The notes under the pieces were generated by a model that ran no database searches, was not told the origin of the DNA, and saw only the letters and a list, made by a program, of their open reading frames with translations. Below, piece after piece: positions 7,827 to 17,317 of a DNA stretch of 45,985 bases (position 1 is the first letter of the stretch; each line of letters begins with the position of its first letter). The position numbers and the translations under genes were made by a program. Where the stretch lies: NCBI GenBank assembly GCA_027491735.1, contig JAOZGP010000038.1:1-45985 (forward strand), given 5' to 3'. The DNA is from Thermoproteota archaeon. GTDB taxonomy: Archaea > Korarchaeota > Korarchaeia > Korarchaeales > Korarchaeaceae.

Positions 7827-8871
7827 GACTGAGGTGAATCCCATCCTTATTGAAGAGATCAAGAGGTACGGGGCTTTCGACGTCACGGCCTGCTATAGCT
7901 GTGGGGTTTGCACAGCGATATGCCCTCTGGTCGAAGAAGGACGTGAGTTTCCGAGGAGAATGATAAGATATGCGCTCTTGGGGATCAGAAGAAAACTCTT
8001 TGGATCTCCTGAGCTCTGGCTCTGCTACTATTGTGGAGAGTGCACCAGCTCCTGCCCGAGACAGGCGGATCCAGGAGGGTTTATGATGGCCGCCAGAAGG
8101 TATGCAATCGCTGAATACTCGTTTGGTAGGATAGCAAAGATCTTCTACTCCAAGATAGGAGCTCCTCTGACCTTCATAGTGTTGACCTTGATAGCAGGAC
8201 TTCTGATGATTCTGTTCGGAGGAAACCCTAACATGAGCTCGGCTGACATATTCTCCCTCCTATCCAGAGAGACGATACATCACGCTGGAATAGCAGTTGG
8301 CATAATAGTTCTCCTGGGAGCCCTCGTGAACCTCGCGATGATGTACAGGCATCTCTCTCAGAATAGCGTCAAGGTCGGTGGGTTATCAGGTTTGATAAGG
8401 GTTCTCATAAAGGAGGTGGCGTATCAGGGAAGGTATGTGAAATGTGAAAGCAGATCGAGATTTCTGACTCACATGTCTTTGTTCTGGGGTTTTCTCTTGT
8501 TGTTTCTAGCCTCCGGAGTGAACTTTGTATCAGGAACCAGAAGTCCCATCGCTATTGTGATAGGATTCGTTGGGGGCATCTTCCTTCTCGTTGGAGGAAT
8601 ATACTTCGTAGCTAAGAGAGCTGAAAGGAGAGAGCCCTTCGCCTCTTACAGCGACTTCATGGATTGGGCTTTTTTAGCCCTTATACTGTTGGTAGGTGTG
8701 ACTGGTTTCCTCTTGGACTTCGCTCTGGTCACTAATCTGCCACTGATGGCATACACCATGTTTTCCATGCACTTGATAGCTGCCTTTGATCTATTGATAG
8801 CTGCTCCCTTCACCAAGTTCGCTCATGCGGTCTACAGGCCCTTGGCCCTCTGGATGTCAGAAAGAGTTTAA
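7825..8871 (+). CDS. QmoC-like protein: HdrC-type 2x[4Fe-4S] domain fused to a cytochrome b-like membrane domain
   Basis: CYSCGVCTAICP and WLCYYCGECTSSCPR, then about 6 TM helices with His in FLTHMSLFWGF, MHL and TKFAHAVYRP. Confidence 0.85.
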   Translation: MTEVNPILIEEIKRYGAFDVTACYSCGVCTAICPLVEEGREFPRRMIRYALLGIRRKLFGSPELWLCYYCGECTSSCPRQADPGGFMMAARRYAIAEYSFGRIAKIFYSKIGAPLTFIVLTLIAGLLMILFGGNPNMSSADIFSLLSRETIHHAGIAVGIIVLLGALVNLAMMYRHLSQNSVKVGGLSGLIRVLIKEVAYQGRYVKCESRSRFLTHMSLFWGFLLLFLASGVNFVSGTRSPIAIVIGFVGGIFLLVGGIYFVAKRAERREPFASYSDFMDWAFLALILLVGVTGFLLDFALVTNLPLMAYTMFSMHLIAAFDLLIAAPFTKFAHAVYRPLALWMSERV

Positions 8872-9269
8872 AACACGGCAACAACGGCCTCTTCTTAATT
8901 TCTTTTTTATTGCGTAAGTTCATATAATAATCTCCAGCGGATCTGTTGATATTGAGCCACCAGCAGTACACCTCCTTCTTCTAGACCAAAGAAACCACGT
9001 CTGAGAGGGTGCCTTAAGGAACACTCATCGGAAATCAGCTCTAATAGTGAACACCATAGTTAAAAACGACGCCTTTCTCCTCACACACCTAGGTTTGGGC
9101 TGATTCACCGAGCTTGACGGTCGCGGATCGCAGCCTTAACCTGTTTCTCAGATTCATGCCGGGGGCCTGTCATGCAAGCCCTGCGCATCGGGGCTCCTCT
9201 CTCATCAGTTGCCTGAGGACCGTGGTCTCCTTGCTGTAAACTCCAACCAAAAAATCAAAAAATTGAAAT

Positions 9270-9746
9270 CTATGGATCAGACTCGCTTGGGTAGAGGACT
9301 TCTTCTTCCCCATCATAATCAAATATTCCCGCGTAAACACCCCACAGAACCAGACATTCGAAGGCTTCATCGACATTTTCACAGAAGCTGAAGTCCTTAT
9401 CCAATAGCTTTGAAATAATTTCTTCCTTCTCTATGGATCCTTTTTGGACGAGCTCCTCCTTGATCCTTCTGAATATCTCTATCTTCAGGAGTTTCTCCCT
9501 GAGATGCTTTGCCCTCTCTTCGTGGGACATCCTCAGAAATGCCCTTCCCTCCTGCGTCAGAAGGATGTCCCCATTGCGTACTTCCACTAAGTCCAAGATC
9601 CTAGCGAAGGTCATCACAGGGAAGAGCTCATCTATGTCAAGTTCGCTCTCGTCTGAGAGCCTTGCCATGTCAGCTCTTCCGCCTATATTCTCTAACATCC
9701 TTAGGAGGCCCAATAACTTGGAGTAGGATACGGGAGCTTCGCCCAA
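9270..9746 (-). CDS. Stand-alone AAA-associated C-terminal domain protein of NitT/TauT-type ABC ATPases
   Basis: GGRADMARL..L.IDELFP, GDILLT.EG, LVLWG.YAGIFDYD; likely start TTG 9746 (ORF track extension to 9905 looks non-coding). Confidence 0.72.
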   Translation of the reverse strand: MGEAPVSYSKLLGLLRMLENIGGRADMARLSDESELDIDELFPVMTFARILDLVEVRNGDILLTQEGRAFLRMSHEERAKHLREKLLKIEIFRRIKEELVQKGSIEKEEIISKLLDKDFSFCENVDEAFECLVLWGVYAGIFDYDGEEEVLYPSESDP

Positions 9747-10123
9747 TCCTGATCTGAGATAAAACCAGAACTGAGTATTGATAAATGTTTTCTCACAAAC
9801 TGAGATTTTCATTCGAACCCGCAGGAGACCATGAGAACATCCGATTCTCCTCTTAAGGATAAGGAATTCGATCATCGTCGGGCTTCCGGCGGGTTCTGTC
9901 AGCAATCCTTCAACCTTCTTAAGAAACTCCCGTGACGTCTAAGGTCGAGAGATTGTCTTTATAGTGAAAAAAGCGGTCTGTGAGCCGTTAAACCAATTCC
10001 TTTTGATAAGTGCGCTTCATGCGATGAGGACTCATAACAGATCACGTTATTGATGATGGGGGTGGGAGCTGTCCTTCAGAAGATGGGATGCTCACTGCTT
10101 GCTTGATCTCACTGAGAGCCAGA

Positions 10124-10879
10124 TCAGCTAGAGAGCACACTGTACACCTCATCCATCTTGTTATAGAATTCTGGGCTTCTTGTATCCCTAGGTCTTTTCA
10201 GATCTATCTTAACTATGCCTAGTATCTTGGAGGGCCTTCTGGAGAGCACTACCACATAATCAGACATGTAAACTGCCTCCTCAACGTTGTGTGTGACCAT
10301 CACCACCGATTTAACATGCGTCTCGCTTCTCCAAAGCTCTAGAATCTCCTCCCTGAGGGAGTCAGCTGTCAGCTCGTCCAATGCCGAGAAGGGCTCATCC
10401 ATGAGGAGGAGATCGGGCTCAACAGCTAGGGCTCTAGCTATGCCAACTCTCTGCTTCATCCCCCCCGAGAGCTCCTTGGGAAGAGCATTCATGAACTCAT
10501 ACAAACCAACTTTTCTCAACCATCTCCTGACTAGCTCCTCCCGCCCTCTTTTGTCAATACCCCTGGCCTTCAACGGTAGCTCTACCTGTTCCCAGACAGT
10601 CAGCCATGGGATCAGAGCAAAGTGCTGAAATACCATCGATATCTTCCGATCTGGGCCCTTTATCTCTCTTCCTTTGAAGATTATCCTCCCGGAGGTTGGC
10701 TTCTCTATTCCACCCATTATCTTGAGGAGAGTGGACTTGCCACACCCACTGGGGCCCACTATCGAGAGGAAGACTCCCTCATCCACCGAGAAATCAACGT
10801 TGTCCAGAACCTTGAGAGTCCCTCCCTCAACCTCAAACCTCTTCGTTATCCTCTCAACCCTCATGAGCATGAGGATCAC
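10124..10879 (-). CDS. NitT/TauT family ABC transporter ATP-binding protein
   Basis: Walker A GPSGCGKST, LSGGMKQRV, LLMDEPFSALD, VTHNVEEAV. Confidence 0.93.
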   Translation of the reverse strand: MILMLMRVERITKRFEVEGGTLKVLDNVDFSVDEGVFLSIVGPSGCGKSTLLKIMGGIEKPTSGRIIFKGREIKGPDRKISMVFQHFALIPWLTVWEQVELPLKARGIDKRGREELVRRWLRKVGLYEFMNALPKELSGGMKQRVGIARALAVEPDLLLMDEPFSALDELTADSLREEILELWRSETHVKSVVMVTHNVEEAVYMSDYVVVLSRRPSKILGIVKIDLKRPRDTRSPEFYNKMDEVYSVLSS

Positions 10880-12450
10880 CCCTCGAACCTGAATCTTGAA
10901 GAGTAGTTGTAGAGAGCCCTCCAGATGGTCTTGTTGAACACCACTATGAGCAGCATGATCACCAGTAGGACTATTAGAAGAGAACTTATGTCACCAAGTT
11001 GCCAAGCAGCCAAGCTGAGCAGAGTTCCAAGTCCGTACTGACCGACATCAGAGGGGTATATTCTCCCCCCTACGTTTATGTACTCCGCCATTATCGTAGT
11101 GTTCCAGGCTCCCCCCCAGGCTGTTATCAGGCCCGTGACCACCGACGAAAACATGGAGGGCAGGGTTATCTTTCTAAGTGCTAGGAACCCCCTTATGCCG
11201 AAGATCTTTCTCATCTCGTCTATCTCTGGTGGCATGGATCCAGCTCCAGCAATCATGTTGAACAGAAGGTAGAACTGCGAGCCGAAGAGTATGAGAACCA
11301 GAGCGGCTAGCTCAAAGCCCTGCTTCCCCATAGGAAGTATCATATACTTCACTAAGAAGGGCCAGAGGACAGGTATGGGGAACGCCGCTGCAAGTTCGAA
11401 CAGGAGGAGGAAGTTTTCCTTGTACTTACTCCTCTGTATAAGGATAGTTGTTGGAAGAGTCCACGCCAAAGAGATCATTAGGGCCAAAAACACCCTCCTC
11501 AATGAGTTAATAGTCCCCGTGATCAGAAGTTGTGGTTCCCTCATGTACTCAGATGATAGGAGGTAGCTCAGCTTTATCAGGGGTGCCCTCCTCAACAGGA
11601 GGGCTGCTGATAGGAGGGCCATTATTATGAAGGCTATCTTGGACCACTTGATCAGAGCAGGATAGATCTCCGTCATGAGGATGCTGAACTTTTCAGCTAT
11701 GTTCTCAAAAAACTTGCCTCTTTTTATCCTCTCAAGACCAAAGAGAGCCATCCTCCTGAGAAGAATTAAGGTTCTTGGTTTTTCTGAGACCTCACTCACC
11801 TTGCTAGCGCTTATGCTTATGAGTGGCTCCCAGACGAGGAGGTGTGTTAGCACCACCAGGGTCAAGATCGTGGCTGTGGCGACCACGGCGTCCCATATTC
11901 TCGGTGGAGAGGAGGTCAGAGCAATTACTAGATACGATCCCAGGCCTGGGAGTTTGATCTCAGCTCCTCCGACTGATAGTATCTCCGAGGCGTACAAGAA
12001 GAACCATCCACTACTCCAGGAAAGGGCGGAGTTGTAGGAGAGCTTGAGGTAAGTCGAAGGGATCGTTATCTTGACAAGTCTGAGCCATCCATCTATGCCA
12101 TAAAATCTGGCCATCTCCTCCACATCTTTGGGGATCATCCTCACGCTCTCATACACGCCGAAAGCCATGTTCCATACTTGTGATGTGAAGATTAGAAAGA
12201 TCGAGGAAAGCTCGCCCCCAAATACCGGACCTAAGACATTCATGAAGAATATTAGGACCACAGGAAAGAAACCTAGGATTGGAACACTCTGCATGATGTC
12301 CAAAACAGGAATTACTACCTTCTCAGCAGTTTCGCTCCTTGCGGCCCAGATCCCAAACACCAGCGAGAATACAAGGGACAGAAGATACGCTGCGATCATC
12401 CTGTACATAGAGAGCGCTGCGTACCACAGCACTTGGGTCAGTGGAGTCAT
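10876..12450 (-). CDS. ABC transporter permease with two fused TM domains (NitT/TauT-like)
   Basis: Two permease repeats (S.YRM..AY / SLRRV; LDIMQSVPILGFFP; GLITAWGGAWN), 524 aa, overlaps the ATPase start. Confidence 0.88.
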   Translation of the reverse strand: MTPLTQVLWYAALSMYRMIAAYLLSLVFSLVFGIWAARSETAEKVVIPVLDIMQSVPILGFFPVVLIFFMNVLGPVFGGELSSIFLIFTSQVWNMAFGVYESVRMIPKDVEEMARFYGIDGWLRLVKITIPSTYLKLSYNSALSWSSGWFFLYASEILSVGGAEIKLPGLGSYLVIALTSSPPRIWDAVVATATILTLVVLTHLLVWEPLISISASKVSEVSEKPRTLILLRRMALFGLERIKRGKFFENIAEKFSILMTEIYPALIKWSKIAFIIMALLSAALLLRRAPLIKLSYLLSSEYMREPQLLITGTINSLRRVFLALMISLAWTLPTTILIQRSKYKENFLLLFELAAAFPIPVLWPFLVKYMILPMGKQGFELAALVLILFGSQFYLLFNMIAGAGSMPPEIDEMRKIFGIRGFLALRKITLPSMFSSVVTGLITAWGGAWNTTIMAEYINVGGRIYPSDVGQYGLGTLLSLAAWQLGDISSLLIVLLVIMLLIVVFNKTIWRALYNYSSRFRFEG

Positions 12451-12559
12451 TGCCGCCCACCTTTACCTCACTCCCCTTCTCTCTGAACCCTAGTGCTGAG
12501 GTATATAAATAGCGCGGCATGAGCCCAGATACGGATCTCAGCAGCATCACATATCCGCT

Positions 12560-12760
12560 AGGGTAAAGTCGGGGGCTGTGGCATAGAGTATTGCGTACTG
12601 GAATCTCCTATTTTAAAACCCTCTACAGAGTGGAGAGCAGTGCTTCAAGCCCTTAAGTTAAACCTCGTAAATGGGGGCCTATGCCGCTAGGCTCGATAGT
12701 CTTCATGAACCCACAATCCTCAAGAAAAGGTTATGAGCTAGGCGGAACTCCCCAGGTGTT
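12560..12760 (+). mobile_element. Highly degenerate tnpB 3' end / IS605-type right-end remnant
   Basis: Frameshifted reading gives WHR..IAYWNLL (RuvC-III-like) and GPMPLGS..HEP, resembling archaeal TnpB tails. Confidence 0.35.
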
Positions 12761-12860
12761 CATTCCAATAATTCCAGTAAATTCATTGGTCACACCTAGG
12801 GAGAAATGACAGCAGTAACATCAAACGAGGATCTTTTAATCTTCACAAGAGATCCTCCTA

Positions 12861-13343
12861 GTGATGAGGATACTGGTAGCTGGGATAGGAAACGTGCTCC
12901 TAAAGGATGATGGCATCGGTCCGCGGCTGATCGAGAGGATAAAAGAAAAACTACCTCCGGAGGTTGAAACTTACGATTACGGGAACTCGATGATCGAGCT
13001 TCTTCACGACATGGCGGACTTCGACGCGCTTATCATTGTTGATGCAATCTCCAGGGGAGGGAGACCGGGAGATATCCTTGTTGGGGAGGTGAAGAAAGAC
13101 GACATAGAAGACGTAGATCCGGGAAAGGCCTCACTTCTGATGCACATGAGCTATCATGAAGCAGATCTGGAATCCGTCCTCGCTCTAGCCAAGGCCCTGG
13201 GATTTCTCCCAAAGAAGATATTCCTGGTGGGGGTCGAACCAGGACACATTGGAGTGGGCACAGAACTTTCAGCTCCCGTAAAGAAGGTGTTGGATCGCTT
13301 GGAACGGATAGTACTGGATATCGTGGATGGCCTGAGACAATAA
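12861..13343 (+). CDS. [NiFe]-hydrogenase maturation endopeptidase
   Basis: GIGNVLLKDDGIG, IIVDA, SYHE, GVEP, LS.PV. Confidence 0.92.
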   Translation: MMRILVAGIGNVLLKDDGIGPRLIERIKEKLPPEVETYDYGNSMIELLHDMADFDALIIVDAISRGGRPGDILVGEVKKDDIEDVDPGKASLLMHMSYHEADLESVLALAKALGFLPKKIFLVGVEPGHIGVGTELSAPVKKVLDRLERIVLDIVDGLRQ

Positions 13344-13619
13344 CCTGTCACCAGCCGCTAAACATTATAAATTTATAATATCTGAGAGTATAAAATTGAT
13401 ATCCTCTAACGACTTGCCAGCTCAACTGCCTCTCATTATCCCAGTTCTTCTACAGTTCTTGGCGATCTGCCCGAATAAGCCATAGATGTCCGGCGGTGAT
13501 CACGGTCTGCAGCTTCCTATTAGAAGAAACGCCGCTTGATCACGTCTGGCGCAAAACGGATGCAACCATAAGTATTCTAGGAAAAACCTTCAATCAGGGG
13601 TCTGTCCGTCGTGAGCTTT

Positions 13620-13910
13620 TAGGAGGAACGTGAGTGAAATCCCTCCCATTCAAGTCAACCCTCACGACGGGCTTGGGGTTCATCAGCCTCAACCCTCTCT
13701 GGGTTCATCGGGGAGCAAGTCACCGGCCTCACCTCCGCTCAGGGTGACCCCAAGTCCCCGCACGAAAAACGTTAAATGCACTAACAAACTGCCTATCCGC
13801 AACAAACCACGCTTGCAAACTACCAGCCCGCTTCAGGACTCTAACCTGCTCCCACATCTCGGGCAGATGGATGAGGTGTGAGCCGTGTAAGGCTTCTCCT
13901 TAACCACCGT
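13620..13910 (-). pseudogene. tnpB: tnpB (IS200/IS605) C-terminal remnant with structured right end
   Basis: Minus strand reads VVKEKPYTAHTSSICPRCGSRLES*SGLVVCK, then after a frameshift GFVADRQFVSAFNVF (Zn finger + RuvC-III); followed by stems 13669-13678/13748-13758 and 13719-13724/13743-13748. Confidence 0.75.
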
Positions 13911-14267
13911 ACGCCTCTATAATCAATTATAAAGGCTTTAAAACATCTTGCTAAAAAAGAACAGTTGGCTGAGGCGTCAGAAAGTACCTCAGAGAGTAAC
14001 ACTGCATTTAATTTAGTGTTATTTAGGCAAAGATGAGTTGAGATAAACCCTATGATGAACAAAAAACTACATCGACCTATTTTTGGTACTAGATAAAAAA
14101 AAGGGAAAAAACTGAGTAGGATCTCCTCAGCGGAAGGAAGAGCTCATTTTTTAGTCATTAAATTTTAGTGAAAAAGGGAAAAACGTTTTTTCCTATTTTC
14201 CTTGAGAAATTTTTTAAGTAATTTTTGTAGAAAAACTTATGCTCAAGAGAAAGAGGGTGTTGACGTT

Positions 14268-15488
14268 ATGGTCTCAAGGAGGGAGTTCCTGAAGACCTTG
14301 TTGGTCTATGCAGCTATTCTTTCAATGTCTAATCTGCCTGTTAAAGCGGACAAAACCGTGGAGCTAGCTTCTGAACACGTCAAAAGAGTTATGAAGGGTG
14401 AGGAGGACCCAGTGCATGTGATATGGATTCAGGGGCAGTCGTGCAGCGGTGATAGCGTTGCTCTGCTCAACGCTGTGGATCCGAGTATAGTCGACGTCCT
14501 CATCGGCCAGGTTCAGGGGGTTCCACCAGTGGAGCTCGACTATCACCCCACTCTCATGCCTCAATGGGGTGTCGATCACATAAGTGAAGAAGCAGGTTCT
14601 CTCGCCAGGGGATGGGATGCCAACAAGATAATAGACGACGTGATAGATGGCAAGTACGACCCTTATGTGCTTGTGGTAGAGGGAGCTATTCCAAATGAAA
14701 CAACTGCACAGAAGACCGGTGGGTATTGGTGTAGCATAGGTGAGAGCAGAGGAAAGACGTACCTCATGGAGCCATATCTGCGGCTCCTAGCAGCGAGAGC
14801 AGCTGCCGTTGTTGCTATAGGTACATGTGCCTCATTTGGAGGAATACCTCATGGCAAACCGAATCCAACAAGCACGAGAGGGGTCTATGATGTGCTGGGC
14901 CACGGATGGAAGAGTTCCTTGGGAGTTCCTGTGGTGAACGTCCCAGGATGTCCTGCTGGAGGAGATTGGCAAGTGAAGGCCATAGCTCATCTCCTGCTTA
15001 CTGTTAAGGGACTGCTTCCAGTACCGGAGCTGAACAAGTACAATATGCCTGTCTTTCTCTACGGACAGACAACTCACGAGCTCTGTCCTAGAGGAGTGTA
15101 CTTCGGGCTAGGGAAGTTTTCTGAGAAGTATGGGCAGCCTCTATGCATGTTCTCCTTGGGGTGCAAGGGTCCCATCAGTAACTGCCCGATAAACAGAACG
15201 GGATTCGTTGAGGGTGTTGGAAGATGCACCGAATATGGATCCGTGTGTATAGGATGCACCATGCCAGACTTTCCAGATGAGCCTTATGCGCCGTTCCTCA
15301 AGGAGCTTCCAACAATTCTGCTGCCGCCAACTAAGCCAAAGCCTGAGGTCATTAAGACGAACCTTACAGCTGTTGGTGCTGCGGCCATAGCTGGAGCTGC
15401 TGTGGGAGGTGGAATAGCCTATTTTGTCGGTGCTAGGATGGGGAAGAAGCCTAAAAGCGAGGAAGAGGAAAAAGAGGGAGGTGAGTGA
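14268..15488 (+). CDS. Group 1 [NiFe]-hydrogenase small subunit, Tat signal and C-terminal membrane anchor
   Basis: MVSRREFLK Tat motif (start moved to ATG 14268), GQSCSGD, GTCASFGGI, PGCP, HELC, LGCKGP, CIGC, hydrophobic C-terminal helix. Confidence 0.93.
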   Translation: MVSRREFLKTLLVYAAILSMSNLPVKADKTVELASEHVKRVMKGEEDPVHVIWIQGQSCSGDSVALLNAVDPSIVDVLIGQVQGVPPVELDYHPTLMPQWGVDHISEEAGSLARGWDANKIIDDVIDGKYDPYVLVVEGAIPNETTAQKTGGYWCSIGESRGKTYLMEPYLRLLAARAAAVVAIGTCASFGGIPHGKPNPTSTRGVYDVLGHGWKSSLGVPVVNVPGCPAGGDWQVKAIAHLLLTVKGLLPVPELNKYNMPVFLYGQTTHELCPRGVYFGLGKFSEKYGQPLCMFSLGCKGPISNCPINRTGFVEGVGRCTEYGSVCIGCTMPDFPDEPYAPFLKELPTILLPPTKPKPEVIKTNLTAVGAAAIAGAAVGGGIAYFVGARMGKKPKSEEEEKEGGE

Positions 15489-15490
15489 TC

Positions 15491-17305
15491 ATGAAAGAGG
15501 AGAAAGAGGTTTCACCCATATTCCAGTCTGTCGAGAAGAACCTTCAGATAATAATTGATCCGATAACGAGGATAGAAGGCCACATGGCCCTTCATGTCGT
15601 AATGGATGCTGAGAAGAGAAAGATCAGCGATGCTCACAGCTATGCAACGATGTTCAGGGGGTTCGAGATCATACTGGAGGGAAGGGACCCCCCTGATTCC
15701 ATATTTATAAATCAGAGGATCTGCGGAGTGTGTCCAGTTCCTCATGCCTATGCGGCAGCTCTAGCCAACGACATGGCCCTCAACGCTAGTCCGCCTCCAC
15801 TAGCAACGGTCATCAGGGATCTCACAGACGAGGCCGAGATTTTATACGACCATCCAATACATCTGTTTCAGCTGGCTGGTCCCGACTACAGCCAGGCAGT
15901 GGTCAGCAAGTTCAACTCCAACTGGATAGATGCTGCTAAGGACTACACATGTGAATTCAAAGACGTACACGGATGCGCGACTATAGCTGAGCTCATGGAA
16001 GCCCTGAACCCGCTCTCAGGTAGACTCTATCTGTACACTCTCAAGATGGAGAGACATGCCAGAAAACTGGCCAGTCTGTTAGGAGCTAAGCATCCACACG
16101 TTAACACATTCGTTCCTGGAGGAGTATCAAGAACTTGGAATGCTAACGAAGCCGAAGAAACTCTCAGCATGGTGTTTGCTCTAGCCGGATTCTCCAAGCT
16201 GGTCGTCACAGTGTGGGAGGACATGTGCAGGTTTCTCTACGACATTGGGTATGAGATGGTCGGAGCGAGGCCGGCCAACCTTCTGGCCTATGGAACATTG
16301 GACGATCCCGAGGTCTACGACGGTAAGTACGAGAACATGACTGAGTTTGGGAACAAGAGGCTGTTCCCACCAGGGGTAGTCGATAAGGGAGAGCTCATAA
16401 CCCACGACCTGACTGAGATCCACTTGGGTGTCAGGGAGTTCGTGGATCACAGCTACTACAAGATGTGGAGTCAGGAGTTTACCAAGGATCCGATCGGTAA
16501 CCCACTGGATGCTCATCATCCCTGGAACAAGGAGACAATACCCAATCCTGTGAGCAGAAGCTGGGACGGGAAGTACTCCTGGGGGATGTGCATAAGATGG
16601 TACGACAGGAGCGGTGAGAAGCACGTTGTGGAGGTGGGTCCACTCGCGAGGATATACGTCTCAGCTCTCGCTGGTCTGACCAACTTTGACAGCCCATACT
16701 CAGCCATAAAGACAGGAGGAGGAAGGGTTAGAATATCCCTACCTGTCACAAGAAGCGAGCTGCTTCCCTCTCAGCTGTGGGATCCGATGGAGTTTGAGTG
16801 GAGGGTTCCCTCCTTCTCAATAGGAGGGATTGCGCACGTGAACACTATAGAGAGGCTGAGAGCCAGGGCTTACAACCACGCCTATTATGCTGCATGTGCT
16901 CTTCTAAATGCACTCCAGATGATAACCTACATGGGCAAGGGAAAGACAGAGGTCTGGACCAAGTTCGAGAGGCCTGGGTTCTCTATGGGGGTTGGTCTCA
17001 ACGAGGCAGCCAGGGGTGCTCTCGGACACTGGATTGTGGTGAAAAACGGGAGGATACACAGATACCAGGTGATAACACCCACGGCCTGGAATATATCCCC
17101 TCTGGATCCGGATGGGGAGCACGGACCAGTTGAGCAGGCTGAGATAGATAGCCCGGTTACTGAGAGCAACGATCCAAGCAACTGGGTTGGGGTGGACGCC
17201 ATGAGAGTTGTCAGAAGCTACGATCCCTGTCTCGCCTGCACGGTTCACATGTACTCAGGAGGAAGGCTCATCAAAAAGCAGAGATTCTCCCCTATTTCCG
17301 GCTGA
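15491..17305 (+). CDS. Group 1 [NiFe]-hydrogenase large subunit
   Basis: DPITRIEGH, L1 QRICGVCPVPH, EAARGALGHW, L2 SYDPCLACTVH followed by an 18-aa cleavable extension. Confidence 0.96.
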   Translation: MKEEKEVSPIFQSVEKNLQIIIDPITRIEGHMALHVVMDAEKRKISDAHSYATMFRGFEIILEGRDPPDSIFINQRICGVCPVPHAYAAALANDMALNASPPPLATVIRDLTDEAEILYDHPIHLFQLAGPDYSQAVVSKFNSNWIDAAKDYTCEFKDVHGCATIAELMEALNPLSGRLYLYTLKMERHARKLASLLGAKHPHVNTFVPGGVSRTWNANEAEETLSMVFALAGFSKLVVTVWEDMCRFLYDIGYEMVGARPANLLAYGTLDDPEVYDGKYENMTEFGNKRLFPPGVVDKGELITHDLTEIHLGVREFVDHSYYKMWSQEFTKDPIGNPLDAHHPWNKETIPNPVSRSWDGKYSWGMCIRWYDRSGEKHVVEVGPLARIYVSALAGLTNFDSPYSAIKTGGGRVRISLPVTRSELLPSQLWDPMEFEWRVPSFSIGGIAHVNTIERLRARAYNHAYYAACALLNALQMITYMGKGKTEVWTKFERPGFSMGVGLNEAARGALGHWIVVKNGRIHRYQVITPTAWNISPLDPDGEHGPVEQAEIDSPVTESNDPSNWVGVDAMRVVRSYDPCLACTVHMYSGGRLIKKQRFSPISG

Positions 17306-17317
17306 GGAGGTGAGTTC

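Noticed and set aside
9080-9200. Possible further tnpB tail (ELD..RIAA.NLFLRFM after frameshifts)
   Set aside because: Needs several assumed indels; too short to support by eye.
13978-13993. cagaaagtacctcaga upstream of the hydrogenase resembles cagaaaggtacttcaga (43320-43336) just after the structured RNA, suggesting a guide-target pair
   Set aside because: Short match with an indel and a mismatch, found post hoc, and the guide boundary is unknown; compatible with chance.
14098-14193. Repeated aaaaagggaaaaa and near-palindrome in the hydrogenase promoter
   Set aside because: Low-complexity AT-rich sequence; cannot be distinguished from background without orthologs.
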